In this document: positions 20,711 through 30,489 of the stretch, one piece after another
How positions within the stretch are numbered: position 1 is the stretch's first letter
How the letters are laid out: every line of letters starts with the position of its first letter
Origin: Mollicutes bacterium
Lineage (GTDB): Bacteria > Bacillota_I > Bacilli_A > RF39 > UBA660
Direction of reading: 5' to 3'
Length of the DNA stretch: 64,000 nt
Assembly (NCBI GenBank): GCA_012799635.1
Contig: JAAZKW010000023.1
Span: 27,135-91,134 of the forward strand
The notes under the pieces: model-generated
The model's input: only the letters and a program-made list of their open reading frames with translations
Told to the model about the DNA's origin: nothing
Database searches by the model: none
Translations under genes and position numbers: made by a program

Positions 20711-21124
20711 CTATCTTTTGTTTTTAAAAAAACTTTTTATTAATTTTAAAAATTCACTAGAGAAAATTGAATTTTCATATATATATTCAATATTTTTTTG
20801 TTCTTCATTAATAAAATTTGTTTTTACAAAATATACAACCCTTTTTATTCTTGCTTGTCTAATAACTTCTTTACACATATTACAAGGTTCTAATGTCACA
20901 TATAATTCGCAATCAGTTAATCTCCAATCTTTTACTTTTTTCGATGCTTTTTGAATAGCAATTATTTCCGCATGCCCTGTGCATAGTTTTGTTTTATTTT
21001 TATTGTTATAGGCTTTTGATATTATTTTATTTTTTTTTACTATAATAGCACCTACCGGGATTTCGTTTAAAGAGTTTGCTTTTTTTGAAAGTTTTAATAG
21101 TTCTTTTGTAACTTTGTTAATCAT
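20711..21124 (-). CDS. tadA: tRNA-specific adenosine deaminase
   Basis: CDA motifs TGHAEIIAI and PCNMC. Start set at ATG 21122..21124 (RBS GGAGGTGTG). The first 30 codons of the track ORF are actually the SRP RNA. Confidence 0.88.
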   Translation of the reverse strand: MINKVTKELLKLSKKANSLNEIPVGAIIVKKNKIISKAYNNKNKTKLCTGHAEIIAIQKASKKVKDWRLTDCELYVTLEPCNMCKEVIRQARIKRVVYFVKTNFINEEQKNIEYIYENSIFSSEFLKLIKSFFKNKR

Positions 21125-21143
21125 ACACACCTCCATAAAAAAA

Positions 21144-21214
21144 GTGCACACAAGCAGGGGTTGATGAGGCTGCTTTCTTCCGAACCTAACCTGATTACAA
21201 CATGCTTGTTGCAC
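21144..21214 (-). ncRNA. ffs: Signal recognition particle RNA, minimal 4.5S-like form
   Basis: The minus strand reads GTGCAACAAGCATGTTGTAATCAGGTTAGGTTCGGAAGAAAGCAGCCTCATCAACCCCTGCTTGTGTGCAC followed by a T7 run. The core matches the universal domain IV motif cAGGUnAGGUnCGGAAGnAAGCAGCC with a GGAA tetraloop. The 5' and 3' ends pair (GTGCA/TGCAC, AAGCA/TGCTT, GTTG/CAAC). Promoter TTGATA (21244..21249), 17 nt, TATTAT (21221..21226). Confidence 0.85.
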
Positions 21215-21252
21215 AACTTAATAATACCAACTTTTTTTCTTTTTATCAACAA

Positions 21253-21342
21253 TGTTTCACGTGAAACATTGCGTTTCGTTTTTTATTTATGTTTCACGTG
21301 AAACATTGTGTTTTGTTTTTTATCTATGTTTCACGTGAAACA
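21253..21342. repeat. Three tandem perfect parS (ParB/Spo0J-binding) sites with a 37-bp period
   Basis: TGTTTCACGTGAAACA occurs at 21253..21268, 21290..21305 and 21327..21342. Each is a perfect 16-bp palindrome equal to the Firmicutes parS consensus, extended to ATGTTTCACGTGAAACAT, and each is followed by a T-rich spacer. Confidence 0.85.
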
Positions 21343-21351
21343 TTACGTTTT

Positions 21352-23811
21352 TTATTTATCTTCTGCATCCTCTTTTTCAACAACGCTCGCCACCGCAACG
21401 GTTTGATCGCTTTTTAAATTAATTAATTTTACGCCTTGCGTTACTCTACCAAGAGTAGATATTTGTGAAATTGGCATTCTCATTGTTGTACCAAAATTAG
21501 TCATTAAAATTAAATCCTTCTCTTGATCGGCATATTTAACACCTATTAGCTTTCCGGTTTTTTCAGTCATGTTAAGAGCTTTTACACCTTTGCTTCCCCT
21601 TTTTGTTTGCCTATATTCACTGACTTTTGTTTGCTTTCCATATCCTTTTTCAGTAACTATAATAATTGTATCATCATCTTTTACTGTTTCTAAACAAATG
21701 CACTCTGAGTTATCAAGAGTTATTCCCTTTACGCCTGTAGCATTTCTTCCCATTGGTCTTACTTCGTTCCCATCAAATTTAACTAACTTTCCATCGCTTG
21801 ATCCTAGTAAGATTAAATGTTCATCCACACATTTTTTAACGCCTAACAGCTCATCCCCTTCACGAAGTGTAATACATATTTTACCAGATTTACGTATACT
21901 TTCAAATTCTTCTACTAAGGTTTTCTTTACTATTCCTTTCTTCGTAGCAAATAATAAAAATTCTGCTTTATGATCATTAGGAATTGAAGTTATTGAGGTT
22001 ATTTTTTCCTCTTTTTCAAGAGGTAGTAAGTTTATAATTGGTAATCCTTTAGAAACTCTTGAATATTCAGGAACTTCATATCCCTTTAATCTATACACTT
22101 TTCCTCTGTTTGAAAAAAACATTACATAATCATGTGTACTTAAATTAATTAAGTGATCAACAAAGTCCTCGTCGTTTGTAGAAATTCCTTTAACACCAAC
22201 CCCACCTCTATTTTGCACTTTAAAGGTTTCTGCTGCTGTTCTCTTAACATATCCTTTGTTTGTTAACATAATCATTATGTTTTCTTCTGGAATTAAAGAC
22301 TCATCTTCAATAAATTCAATTGCTGTCATATCAATCTTTGTTCTTCTTTCATCACCAAACCTTTGTTTAATATCTAATAATTCTTCTTTTATTATATTTA
22401 AAACCTTTTGACTGTCAGCTAAAATTGATTTAAGTTCTAAAATTTTTTGAAGTAAATCCTTTAACTCTTCTTCTACCTTGTTCCTCTCAAGATTTGTAAG
22501 CCTTCTTAGTTTCATTTCCAGAATTGCATCCGTTTGAATTTCATCAAGATTGAATTTTTTCATTAACTCTTCCTTTGCTGTTTTGTCATCCTCAGACTCT
22601 TTAATTATTCTAATAACTTCATCAATATTATCTAAAGCAATCTTAAATCCCTCTAAAAGATGTACTCTTACTTCCGATTTTTCTAAATCAAATTGTGTTC
22701 TTCTAATAATTACTTCTTTTTGATGATCAATATATTTTACAATAATATCCTTAAGTGGTAGTGTTTTGGGAGTTAACCCATCAAGCATTAATAATATTAT
22801 GCCATAAGAAATTTGAAAATTTGTTAATTTATATAAATTATTTAAAATTACTTGAGCATTTGCATCCCTTTTTAAAGTAATAGTTATTTTAACACCATCT
22901 TTTTTTAAATCGGTATGGTAATCTGATATTCCTTCAATTACTTTGTTATTAACTAATTCTGCAACTTTAGTTTTAAGATTCATTGTATTAACACCATATG
23001 GAACTTCTGTAATAACTATAGTATCGTGATTCCCTTCAGTAATAATTTCTGCCTTACTTCTAATCGTAATTGAGCCTCTTCCTGTTTCATATGCTTTTTT
23101 AATTCCAGAATTACCTAAAATTATTCCTCCTGTAGGAAAATCTGGCCCTTTAATATATTGCATCAACTCCAAGGTATCAATTTCATGATTATCGATATAA
23201 GCAACACATCCATCAATCACTTCACTTAAATTATGTGGAGGAATATTGGTTGCCATACCAACCGCTATACCCATAGTTCCGTTTACTAAAATATTTGGAT
23301 ATCTGCTTGGTAACACATGTGGTTCTAGCCTTAGTTCATCAAAATTTTTATCCATATCAATCGTGTTTTTATCAATATCTCTCAATAATTCTAATGATAA
23401 TTTTGATAATCTTGCTTCGGTATATCGCATAGCTGCGGCGCCATCACCATCTATATTACCAAAATTCCCTTGTCCATCTATAAGAACATATCTTTGATTA
23501 AAATCTTGTGCAAGTCTCACCATCGCATCATAAATTGATGCATCTCCATGTGGATGATAATTACCCATTACTTCTCCAACTGTTTTAGCAGATTTAAATG
23601 GTGGTTTATCTGGTGTATAACCTTTTTCATACATAGACCACAAAATTCTTCTATGCACTGGTTTTAAGCCATCTCTAAGGTCTGGTAAGGCTCTTGCTTT
23701 AATAACACTAACAGAATACTCTAAAAATGAATTTTTTACTTCTTCCACTATGTTTTTTTCTGAAAAAACATCTTTGTTTTTTATTTCTTCTATATTATTT
23801 TCGGTCTTCAT
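21352..23811 (-). CDS. gyrA: DNA gyrase subunit A
   Basis: 819 aa. LPDLRDGLKPVHRRIL, HPHGDASIYDAMVRLAQDF, AAMRYTEARL. Confidence 0.95.
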   Translation of the reverse strand: MKTENNIEEIKNKDVFSEKNIVEEVKNSFLEYSVSVIKARALPDLRDGLKPVHRRILWSMYEKGYTPDKPPFKSAKTVGEVMGNYHPHGDASIYDAMVRLAQDFNQRYVLIDGQGNFGNIDGDGAAAMRYTEARLSKLSLELLRDIDKNTIDMDKNFDELRLEPHVLPSRYPNILVNGTMGIAVGMATNIPPHNLSEVIDGCVAYIDNHEIDTLELMQYIKGPDFPTGGIILGNSGIKKAYETGRGSITIRSKAEIITEGNHDTIVITEVPYGVNTMNLKTKVAELVNNKVIEGISDYHTDLKKDGVKITITLKRDANAQVILNNLYKLTNFQISYGIILLMLDGLTPKTLPLKDIIVKYIDHQKEVIIRRTQFDLEKSEVRVHLLEGFKIALDNIDEVIRIIKESEDDKTAKEELMKKFNLDEIQTDAILEMKLRRLTNLERNKVEEELKDLLQKILELKSILADSQKVLNIIKEELLDIKQRFGDERRTKIDMTAIEFIEDESLIPEENIMIMLTNKGYVKRTAAETFKVQNRGGVGVKGISTNDEDFVDHLINLSTHDYVMFFSNRGKVYRLKGYEVPEYSRVSKGLPIINLLPLEKEEKITSITSIPNDHKAEFLLFATKKGIVKKTLVEEFESIRKSGKICITLREGDELLGVKKCVDEHLILLGSSDGKLVKFDGNEVRPMGRNATGVKGITLDNSECICLETVKDDDTIIIVTEKGYGKQTKVSEYRQTKRGSKGVKALNMTEKTGKLIGVKYADQEKDLILMTNFGTTMRMPISQISTLGRVTQGVKLINLKSDQTVAVASVVEKEDAEDK

Positions 23812-23822
23812 TATTTACCTCC

Positions 23823-25742
23823 TTATGCATCAATATTTTTTGTATATATTGCATTTTCCTCAATAAACTTTCTTCTTGGTTCTACCTCATCCCCCATTAG
23901 TTTTTCAAAAATCGCATCTGCTGCAACACAATCTGGTACCGTTATTTTCTTTAATACCCTTTTGTTTATATCCATCGTTGTTTCATATAAATCATCTGGA
24001 TTCATCTCTCCTAAACCTTTCATTCTTGAAATTATGGGTTTTATATTTGGATTAAGGGTTTTCATGTATTCATCAAACTCTTCATCATTCAATACATATT
24101 TCTCAGTTTTACCGTGTTTTATTTTATAAAGCGGTGGTTGAGCTGCATAAATGTGTCCTTTTTCAACTAAAGGTCTAAAAAACCTATAAAATAAAGTTAA
24201 TAAAAGAACTCTAATATGTGAACCATCAACGTCGGCATCGGTCATTATTATAATTTTGTCATATCTTAACTTATTAATGTCAAATTCTTCACCTATTCCC
24301 GTACCAAATGCAGTAATAATTGTTCTTATTTCTTCATTTGATAGAGCTTTATCTAATCTCGCTTTTTCTACATTTAATATTTTCCCCCTTAATGGTAAAA
24401 TTGCTTGAGTATTAGAATCTCTGCCCATTTTTGCAGAACCACCTGCCGAATCTCCTTCGACTAAAAATATTTCACATTCTTTTGGATCTTTACTTTTACA
24501 ATCATTTAGTTTTCCAAATGTATTTCCTAATGAAAGATCGCTTTTCCTTGTAATTTCTCTAGCTTTCTTTGCTGCGTTTCTAGCTCTACATGCAAGAATA
24601 GCTTTTCCAATGATTGCTTTTGCTTCTTCTGGATTTTCTAATAAAAAACGTTCAAAACCTTTTGCAAAGATACTATCAGAAAGTCTTCTTACTTCGCTAT
24701 TTCCAAGTCTTCCTTTAGTTTGTCCTTCAAACTGTGGATTTGGGTGTTTACAAGAAATAATCATTGTTAATCCTTCTTTAACATCATCACCTATTAAAGA
24801 TTCGTCTTTTTCTTTTAAAATATTTGCTTTTCTTGCATAACTATTTATAACCCTAGTTAAAGCTCTTTTTACACCTTCCTCATGTGTTCCACCGTCATGA
24901 GTATTAATATTATTAACAAAAGAATAAGTGTTTTCATTATATGTGGTATTATACTGCATAGCAATTTCTAAAAACACATTATCTTCCATACCTTCAAAAT
25001 GAATTACATCGTTATGAACTGGTGTTTTATTTTGATTAATAAAATTAACATATTCTTTTATTCCACCCTCATATAAAAAAGTTTCTCCTGTAGTGTCTTC
25101 TTCATCCCTATCATCTCTAATAGTTAATGATAGACCTTTATTTAAAAAAGCAAGCTCTCTTATTCTTACCATTAAAGTATCATAATCATATACATCTGTA
25201 ACAAATATCTCTGGATCCGGTTTAAATGTAACTGAAGTGCCCGTTCTTTTTTCTTCACATTCTCCAATTATTGATAAAGGTTTTTTCGTTTTTCCTCCAT
25301 TTTCAAAACGTATAAAATGTACTTTTTCATCTTTATATACCGTTACTTCTACCCATTTTGATAATGCATTAACAACTGCAGCACCTACTCCATGTAGTCC
25401 TCCAGATACTTTATATCCTCCACCACCAAACTTTCCTCCTGCATGTAAAATAGTATAAACTGTTTCAACAGTTGAAATACCTGTTTTAGGATGATTTTCT
25501 ACTGGAATTCCACGCCCATCATCTTTTACTGTTATAGAATTGTCTTTATTTATTATAACTTCAATATTTTGACAATACCCTGCTAATGCTTCATCTATTG
25601 AATTATCAACAATTTCCCATACTAAATGATGCAACCCTTTAACATCTGTTGTTCCAATATACATTCCTGGCCTTTTTCTTATTGCTTCAAGCCCACCAAG
25701 AACTTGAATATCTTTAGCATCATAATGTTGTTCATTGCTCAT
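23823..25742 (-). CDS. gyrB: DNA gyrase subunit B
   Basis: [61 protein letters not shown]. Start set at MSNEQ (ATG 25740..25742, RBS AAAGGAGAG). Overlaps the recF stop by 11 nt. Confidence 0.95.
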   Translation of the reverse strand: MSNEQHYDAKDIQVLGGLEAIRKRPGMYIGTTDVKGLHHLVWEIVDNSIDEALAGYCQNIEVIINKDNSITVKDDGRGIPVENHPKTGISTVETVYTILHAGGKFGGGGYKVSGGLHGVGAAVVNALSKWVEVTVYKDEKVHFIRFENGGKTKKPLSIIGECEEKRTGTSVTFKPDPEIFVTDVYDYDTLMVRIRELAFLNKGLSLTIRDDRDEEDTTGETFLYEGGIKEYVNFINQNKTPVHNDVIHFEGMEDNVFLEIAMQYNTTYNENTYSFVNNINTHDGGTHEEGVKRALTRVINSYARKANILKEKDESLIGDDVKEGLTMIISCKHPNPQFEGQTKGRLGNSEVRRLSDSIFAKGFERFLLENPEEAKAIIGKAILACRARNAAKKAREITRKSDLSLGNTFGKLNDCKSKDPKECEIFLVEGDSAGGSAKMGRDSNTQAILPLRGKILNVEKARLDKALSNEEIRTIITAFGTGIGEEFDINKLRYDKIIIMTDADVDGSHIRVLLLTLFYRFFRPLVEKGHIYAAQPPLYKIKHGKTEKYVLNDEEFDEYMKTLNPNIKPIISRMKGLGEMNPDDLYETTMDINKRVLKKITVPDCVAADAIFEKLMGDEVEPRRKFIEENAIYTKNIDA

Positions 25743-26835
25743 ATATATCTCTCCTTTGTACACTTGCATTATCTATGTAATATATAATACTATTTTTAAT
25801 TAATTTTTTATTTATTTTATCTATGTCTGTTGTTGTAATAAATGTTTGTACTTCTTTATTTAACATTGTAATAATGTTATTAATTTTTATGTCGTCAAGT
25901 TCTGAAAATAAATCATCAAGTATTAATATCGGATATTCCCCGGTTTTTTTCTTTATTATTATAATTTCAGATAATTTAAATGCTATAAAAGCATTTTTTT
26001 GTTGACCTATGCTTCCAAAATCTTTCAAGAGTTTTTTATCAAGAATAAATTTTATATCATCTCGATTAATTCCATATAAAGTCTTTCCAAAAGAAAGCTC
26101 TTTAATAAGATTTTTTTTATAAAACGCAATTAATTCTTCTTTCGTTTTGTTATTATAAAAACTTTCATATTTAACAGTGAGTTCACCATATCCAAATATA
26201 TTTTTATAAATTTGTGAAATATTAGAATTAATCATTTCAATATAGTTTTCTCTAATATTATTAATTTTAAGACCATATTCTATGAGTTTATTTGTAAGAA
26301 TATTAATATATTCCATTGAACTATTCCCATTTATATGCATCTGTTTTAAATAAATATTACGGTTTTTCAATAATTTATTATAATTAGATAATAACATTAA
26401 ATATTCTTTATTTATCTGTGATATTTCCACATTTAATAATTTTCTTCTCATTGAAGGAGAATCATTATAGATTTTAACATCTAAGGGATTAAATAAAACA
26501 ACATTTATTTTAGTTATATAATCACTAATTTTCTTTACCTTATCATCGTTATAATAAACACATTTTCCTTCTTTAAAAATTTCAATCTTAAATTTTTCTT
26601 TATCTTTTTTTTCAATCTCCGCAGAAACTGATGCAAAGTCAGTACCAATTTTAATCAAATTTTGATCGTTATTTGTTCTAAATGATTTTGTTAATGCCAG
26701 TATATAAATGGCTTCAACTATGTTTGTTTTTCCTGAACCGTTATTTCCATAAATAATGTTTAAATCATCAAAAAAATCTAATTTTAATTTTTCATAATTT
26801 CTATAATTTTTTAATTCTATTTTTTTAATTTTCAT
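25732..26835 (-). CDS. recF: DNA replication and repair protein RecF
   Basis: [11 protein letters not shown] Walker A, signature-like [20 protein letters not shown]. Confidence 0.92.
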   Translation of the reverse strand: MKIKKIELKNYRNYEKLKLDFFDDLNIIYGNNGSGKTNIVEAIYILALTKSFRTNNDQNLIKIGTDFASVSAEIEKKDKEKFKIEIFKEGKCVYYNDDKVKKISDYITKINVVLFNPLDVKIYNDSPSMRRKLLNVEISQINKEYLMLLSNYNKLLKNRNIYLKQMHINGNSSMEYINILTNKLIEYGLKINNIRENYIEMINSNISQIYKNIFGYGELTVKYESFYNNKTKEELIAFYKKNLIKELSFGKTLYGINRDDIKFILDKKLLKDFGSIGQQKNAFIAFKLSEIIIIKKKTGEYPILILDDLFSELDDIKINNIITMLNKEVQTFITTTDIDKINKKLIKNSIIYYIDNASVQRRDIYEQ

Positions 26836-26947
26836 TTAAACATGTTTTTAAAACAAAATTATGTTAATTATTAATTTTGCGTACTCCTCTACACATTTAA
26901 ATTATAACATAAAATATGCTATTTAAAAAGTTTTTTATAAAGTTTTT

Positions 26948-27394
26948 TTAACTATTTATTTTTTCTTTAAGTAATGAATAAAGTCTTGATGCTTTGTATA
27001 ATTGATTTAAAAATATATATTTTGAAATATTTATTTTAACTATATTATTATCCTTCAATGTTAAAGTAATTGTATAATTATTATCTATATTATATTTTTT
27101 TATAGATTTATAATTTATTAAAATACAATCTTCACTAGAAATTGCTGTTGTTGAAAATAAAATTATTTCTTTTTTCTCACTTACTATAAAAGGACATTTG
27201 TAATTTATTCCTAATAAATATTTTGTTGCTAAACATCTTCCTTTATAAGAACTACCATAATTAAGACAACTGTTATTAACAATATTAATAATATTATTTT
27301 TTATTAAAATATATTTTTCTTTGTCGATTACCTTAATAAAATTTTTCGAATTTTTAATCATATGAGTATTTTCATTTATAATGTATTCTTCCAT
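26948..27394 (-). CDS. comK: ComK-family competence transcription factor-like protein
   Basis: The stretch SCLNYGSSYKGRCLATKYLLGINYKCPFIVSEKKEIILFSTTAISSEDC aligns by eye with B. subtilis ComK SCRFFGSSYAGRKAGTYEVTKISHKPPIMVDPSNQIFLFPTLSSTRPQC. Confidence 0.6.
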   Translation of the reverse strand: MEEYIINENTHMIKNSKNFIKVIDKEKYILIKNNIINIVNNSCLNYGSSYKGRCLATKYLLGINYKCPFIVSEKKEIILFSTTAISSEDCILINYKSIKKYNIDNNYTITLTLKDNNIVKINISKYIFLNQLYKASRLYSLLKEKINS

Positions 27395-27456
27395 AAAGAA
27401 TCCCCCTTAAATAATTAATATCATATTTTAGGGAAAATTAAATGTTATCTTTTGTC

Positions 27457-28572
27457 TTAAAATGTCTTAATTGGTGAAATCAACTCTACAATAGTATCAT
27501 CATCTACTGCATTTATAATAATTGGTTTATCATCTTCGTTAATTAAGATAATAATATTTTCAGTATTTAATACTTTTAATGCATCAAGCATATATTTGGA
27601 TGAAAAACTAATATCAAGTTTTTCTTTATTATTACATTCTATTTTTACTTCTTCTTTTGTTTTACCATTTTCAATTGAACTTCCATAAATAACTAATTTA
27701 TTACCATTAATTGACATCTTTACTATATTTTTATCTTTACTTACAGTAATAATAGATGCACGATCTATTGCATCATAAAAATCATTTAGTGTAACATTTA
27801 TCATGTATTTAAATTCCTTTGGAATAAAATTAGAAGTGTCGGGGTAAGTTCCATTTAATAATGTTGTTTGAAACATTATATTATCATATATAAATAATAC
27901 TTTATTATTAAACAGATGAATATCCACATCAATATCCTCTTTTAAAGTTGAAACTAATTCATTAACACTTTTTCCTGGAATTATGATATTTACAGATTCT
28001 TCGATAGCTTGGGTTAGTTTAATTGTCTTTTTTGCTAATCTATATGAGTCTGTTGCTATACATTCAAATATATCTCCATTTATTTTCATATTTAATCCTG
28101 TTAATAGTGGTCTTACTTCTTGTTGAGACATTGCATAAGAAGTTTGATTTATACATTCTTTTAATATATTTGAATTTAAGGTAATTACATTTTTACTTTT
28201 TTCAATATTAATATTTGGATATTCAGAAAGTTCATAACAATTTAATATAAACTCATTTATATCTGAATATATTTTTATATTATTGTTGTATTCTTCAAAA
28301 GATATTACGTCTGAAGGCATCTTTTTTATTATATCTAATATATATCTACTTTGAATAATAATTTTTCCTTCTGATTCAATATTTATAATATCTTTTTTAT
28401 CTATTAAAATTTTAATAGATAATTCACTATCACTTGCAAGTAATTCTATTCCTTTTTTAGTAACATTTAATACTATTCCATTTAATACTGGTATTGTTAT
28501 TTTTTGAGATAAAGCTTTAACAGTATTATTTAAAGCATTAAGTATTATGGTTTTGTCAATTGTAAATTTCAT
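27457..28572 (-). CDS. dnaN: DNA polymerase III beta sliding clamp
   Basis: 371 aa. MKF..D......L at the N-terminus, an LNG.YPD-type motif (LLNGTYPD), and the position after dnaA. Confidence 0.92.
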   Translation of the reverse strand: MKFTIDKTIILNALNNTVKALSQKITIPVLNGIVLNVTKKGIELLASDSELSIKILIDKKDIINIESEGKIIIQSRYILDIIKKMPSDVISFEEYNNNIKIYSDINEFILNCYELSEYPNINIEKSKNVITLNSNILKECINQTSYAMSQQEVRPLLTGLNMKINGDIFECIATDSYRLAKKTIKLTQAIEESVNIIIPGKSVNELVSTLKEDIDVDIHLFNNKVLFIYDNIMFQTTLLNGTYPDTSNFIPKEFKYMINVTLNDFYDAIDRASIITVSKDKNIVKMSINGNKLVIYGSSIENGKTKEEVKIECNNKEKLDISFSSKYMLDALKVLNTENIIILINEDDKPIIINAVDDDTIVELISPIKTF

Positions 28573-28626
28573 TTTTTTCCTTCTTTCTTTTATTTATATT
28601 TATTATTATAATTATACTGTTATATT

Positions 28627-28635
28627 TGTGGATAA
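28627..28635 (-). promoter_or_regulatory. Perfect DnaA box in the dnaA-dnaN spacer
   Basis: Plus TGTGGATAA is the reverse complement of TTATCCACA. It sits in an extremely AT-rich 116-nt spacer. Confidence 0.6.
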
Positions 28636-28688
28636 TTTTAAACATTAACTGATATTATGCATTTATATGAATAAAATTATTAACAATA

Positions 28689-30041
28689 TTATAACTTATT
28701 TTTTATTTCTTTAACAATAGCATTTAATTTTTCATCATTTCTAATTTCTCTTGATATTTTTTCTGCAGAAGCATGTATAGTGGAATGATCTCTACCTCCA
28801 AATCTAGCTCCTATTTTAACAAGTCCTTCATCAGACATTTCTCTACACAAATATATTGCAATATGTCTTGGTTTAGTAATATCAGCTGTTTTTCTTTTGC
28901 TTTTTAGATCATTTACTGTGATATTAAAATAATCTGCAACAACTTTTTGAATTTTAGAAATAGAATTATCGGCATATATATTAACAGATAAATAATCTTT
29001 TAAAGCTTCAACTGCAAAATCCAGATCAACTTTTTTAGGAACCATCATAGCAGTATATGCCATTAATCTATTTATAGTTCCTTTTATAAATCTTACATCA
29101 TTTTGACAAGAGTTTGCGATATATTCTATAACTTCTTCTTTTAATTTATCTTCTAAAATAGTGTTTTTTATATTATCTTTTATTATTTTACATCTTAATT
29201 CATAATCAGGAGGATAAATATCTACAGGAAGTCCACTCATAAATCTACTACGAAGTCTTTCTTCAATTTTTTTCAAATCATCTGGTGATTTATCAGAACT
29301 TATTATAATTTGTTTTTGATTGTTATAAAGAGCAGTAAAAGTATAAAAAAATTCTTGTTGAGATTTATCAGCACCAACTAAAAATTGGATATCATCTATT
29401 AATAAAACATCAACGTTTTGATATTTTTCTTTAAAATTTTTAGCATAGTTAATTGATTCGTTACCTTTTTCTGTATAAGCAATACCAATATAATCATTAA
29501 CAAAATCATTACTTGTACAATATAAAACTTTTTTATTTGAATTTTGTACAATGAAATTACCAATTGCATGCATTAAATGGGTTTTACCTATTCCACTTTT
29601 ACCATAAAGAAAAAAGGGATTATGAAGTTTTCCAGGATTTTCTGCAACTTTGTGGGCAGATATAACAGCTAAATTATTACTTTTCCCAACTATAAAATTA
29701 TCAAAAGTAAGAGAAGGATTAAGATTAGTGCTCCATTCTTCCTTAATATCCAAAGAGTTTTCTTTTTCATCTTCATTTGCCATATCATTTTTAAATTCTT
29801 CTTCAGTAATATATTCAATCTTAATTTTCTTACCAGTAATTTCAAAAAAAATTTTATCTATTAAATCTATGTAATTATTAGAAAGCATATCCCTGTGAAC
29901 TCCCATAGGAACTTTAGCTTTAAATTTATCATCCAAAAAAGATATGGGTTCTATAGTTGAAAACCACAAATTATACGAATTTTCGCTAACTGCTTGTTCG
30001 GCTTCTTTTAAAAAGTTTTTAAAAATAATATCTATATTCAT
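28689..30041 (-). CDS. dnaA: Chromosomal replication initiator DnaA
   Basis: FLYGKSGIGKTHLMHAIGN, LLIDDIQFL, RFGGRDHSTIHAS. Start set at MNIDI (ATG 30039..30041). Confidence 0.95.
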   Translation of the reverse strand: MNIDIIFKNFLKEAEQAVSENSYNLWFSTIEPISFLDDKFKAKVPMGVHRDMLSNNYIDLIDKIFFEITGKKIKIEYITEEEFKNDMANEDEKENSLDIKEEWSTNLNPSLTFDNFIVGKSNNLAVISAHKVAENPGKLHNPFFLYGKSGIGKTHLMHAIGNFIVQNSNKKVLYCTSNDFVNDYIGIAYTEKGNESINYAKNFKEKYQNVDVLLIDDIQFLVGADKSQQEFFYTFTALYNNQKQIIISSDKSPDDLKKIEERLRSRFMSGLPVDIYPPDYELRCKIIKDNIKNTILEDKLKEEVIEYIANSCQNDVRFIKGTINRLMAYTAMMVPKKVDLDFAVEALKDYLSVNIYADNSISKIQKVVADYFNITVNDLKSKRKTADITKPRHIAIYLCREMSDEGLVKIGARFGGRDHSTIHASAEKISREIRNDEKLNAIVKEIKNKL

Positions 30042-30342
30042 ACCTATACCCCGCATAATTAATTTTCCACACTTTAATTTTAACTTATTTTTAAAAAAAG
30101 ATAAAGTTTAAATAATTGATTTACAAGTTTTCCACAAAAAAGAAACAGCGTTTTTTCTTATAAATACTACTCTAACATAAGTTTTCCACACTTTCAACAA
30201 AATGAAGTTGTTAATAAAAAAAAGATATCAACAAAATAAAAAAGAAGATGTTGTTTGTTTGTTGGTAACTTTTAGTTTGTTAACCTTGACAGTGTATCTA
30301 ATAAGATGTTATGCTATATAAACGAAAAAAGGAGTGATTATT
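30042..30342. promoter_or_regulatory. oriC upstream module: DnaA-box cluster, AT-rich stretch and rpmH promoter region
   Basis: Three co-oriented TTTTCCACA boxes (30063..30071, 30128..30136, 30182..30190), each one mismatch from TTATCCACA. An A/T-rich tract follows. TTGACA lies at 30286..30291. Gene-strand polarity switches here. Confidence 0.8.
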
Positions 30343-30465
30343 ATGAAGAGAACATTTCAAAGAAATAAAAGAAAAATGAAAAAGAAACATGGTTTTTTTG
30401 CAAGAAAAGGCGGAAATATATTAAATTCTCGTCGTAGAAAAGGAAGAAAAAAATTATCAAAATAA
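30343..30465 (+). CDS. rpmH: 50S ribosomal protein L34 (absent from the ORF track)
   Basis: 40 aa: MKRTFQRNKRKMKKKHGFFARKGGNILNSRRRKGRKKLSK. RBS AAAGGAG lies 8 nt upstream. Canonical position before rnpA. Confidence 0.9.
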   Translation: MKRTFQRNKRKMKKKHGFFARKGGNILNSRRRKGRKKLSK

Positions 30466-30487
30466 CCACTTTTTAGTGGGTTTTTTT
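30465..30487 (+). terminator. Weak hairpin plus T7 run between rpmH and rnpA
   Basis: CCACT-tttt-AGTGG followed by TTTTTTT. The stem is only 5 bp. Confidence 0.3.
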
Positions 30488-30489
30488 CT

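Noticed and set aside
20711-21214. The 167-aa form of the tadA ORF starting at 21214 (MQQACCNQVRFGRKQPHQ...)
   Set aside because: The first 30 codons coincide with an SRP RNA gene, including its conserved domain IV motif, promoter and terminator. The true tadA start is the ATG at 21122..21124, which has a strong RBS.
21253-21342. The 37-bp tandem repeats read as a mini CRISPR array or as three stacked terminators
   Set aside because: There are no unique spacers and no cas genes, and the units are only 37 bp. The hairpin-plus-T-run orientation is on the plus strand, where no upstream gene exists, whereas gyrA ends on the minus strand. The palindrome equals the parS consensus exactly, which explains it better.
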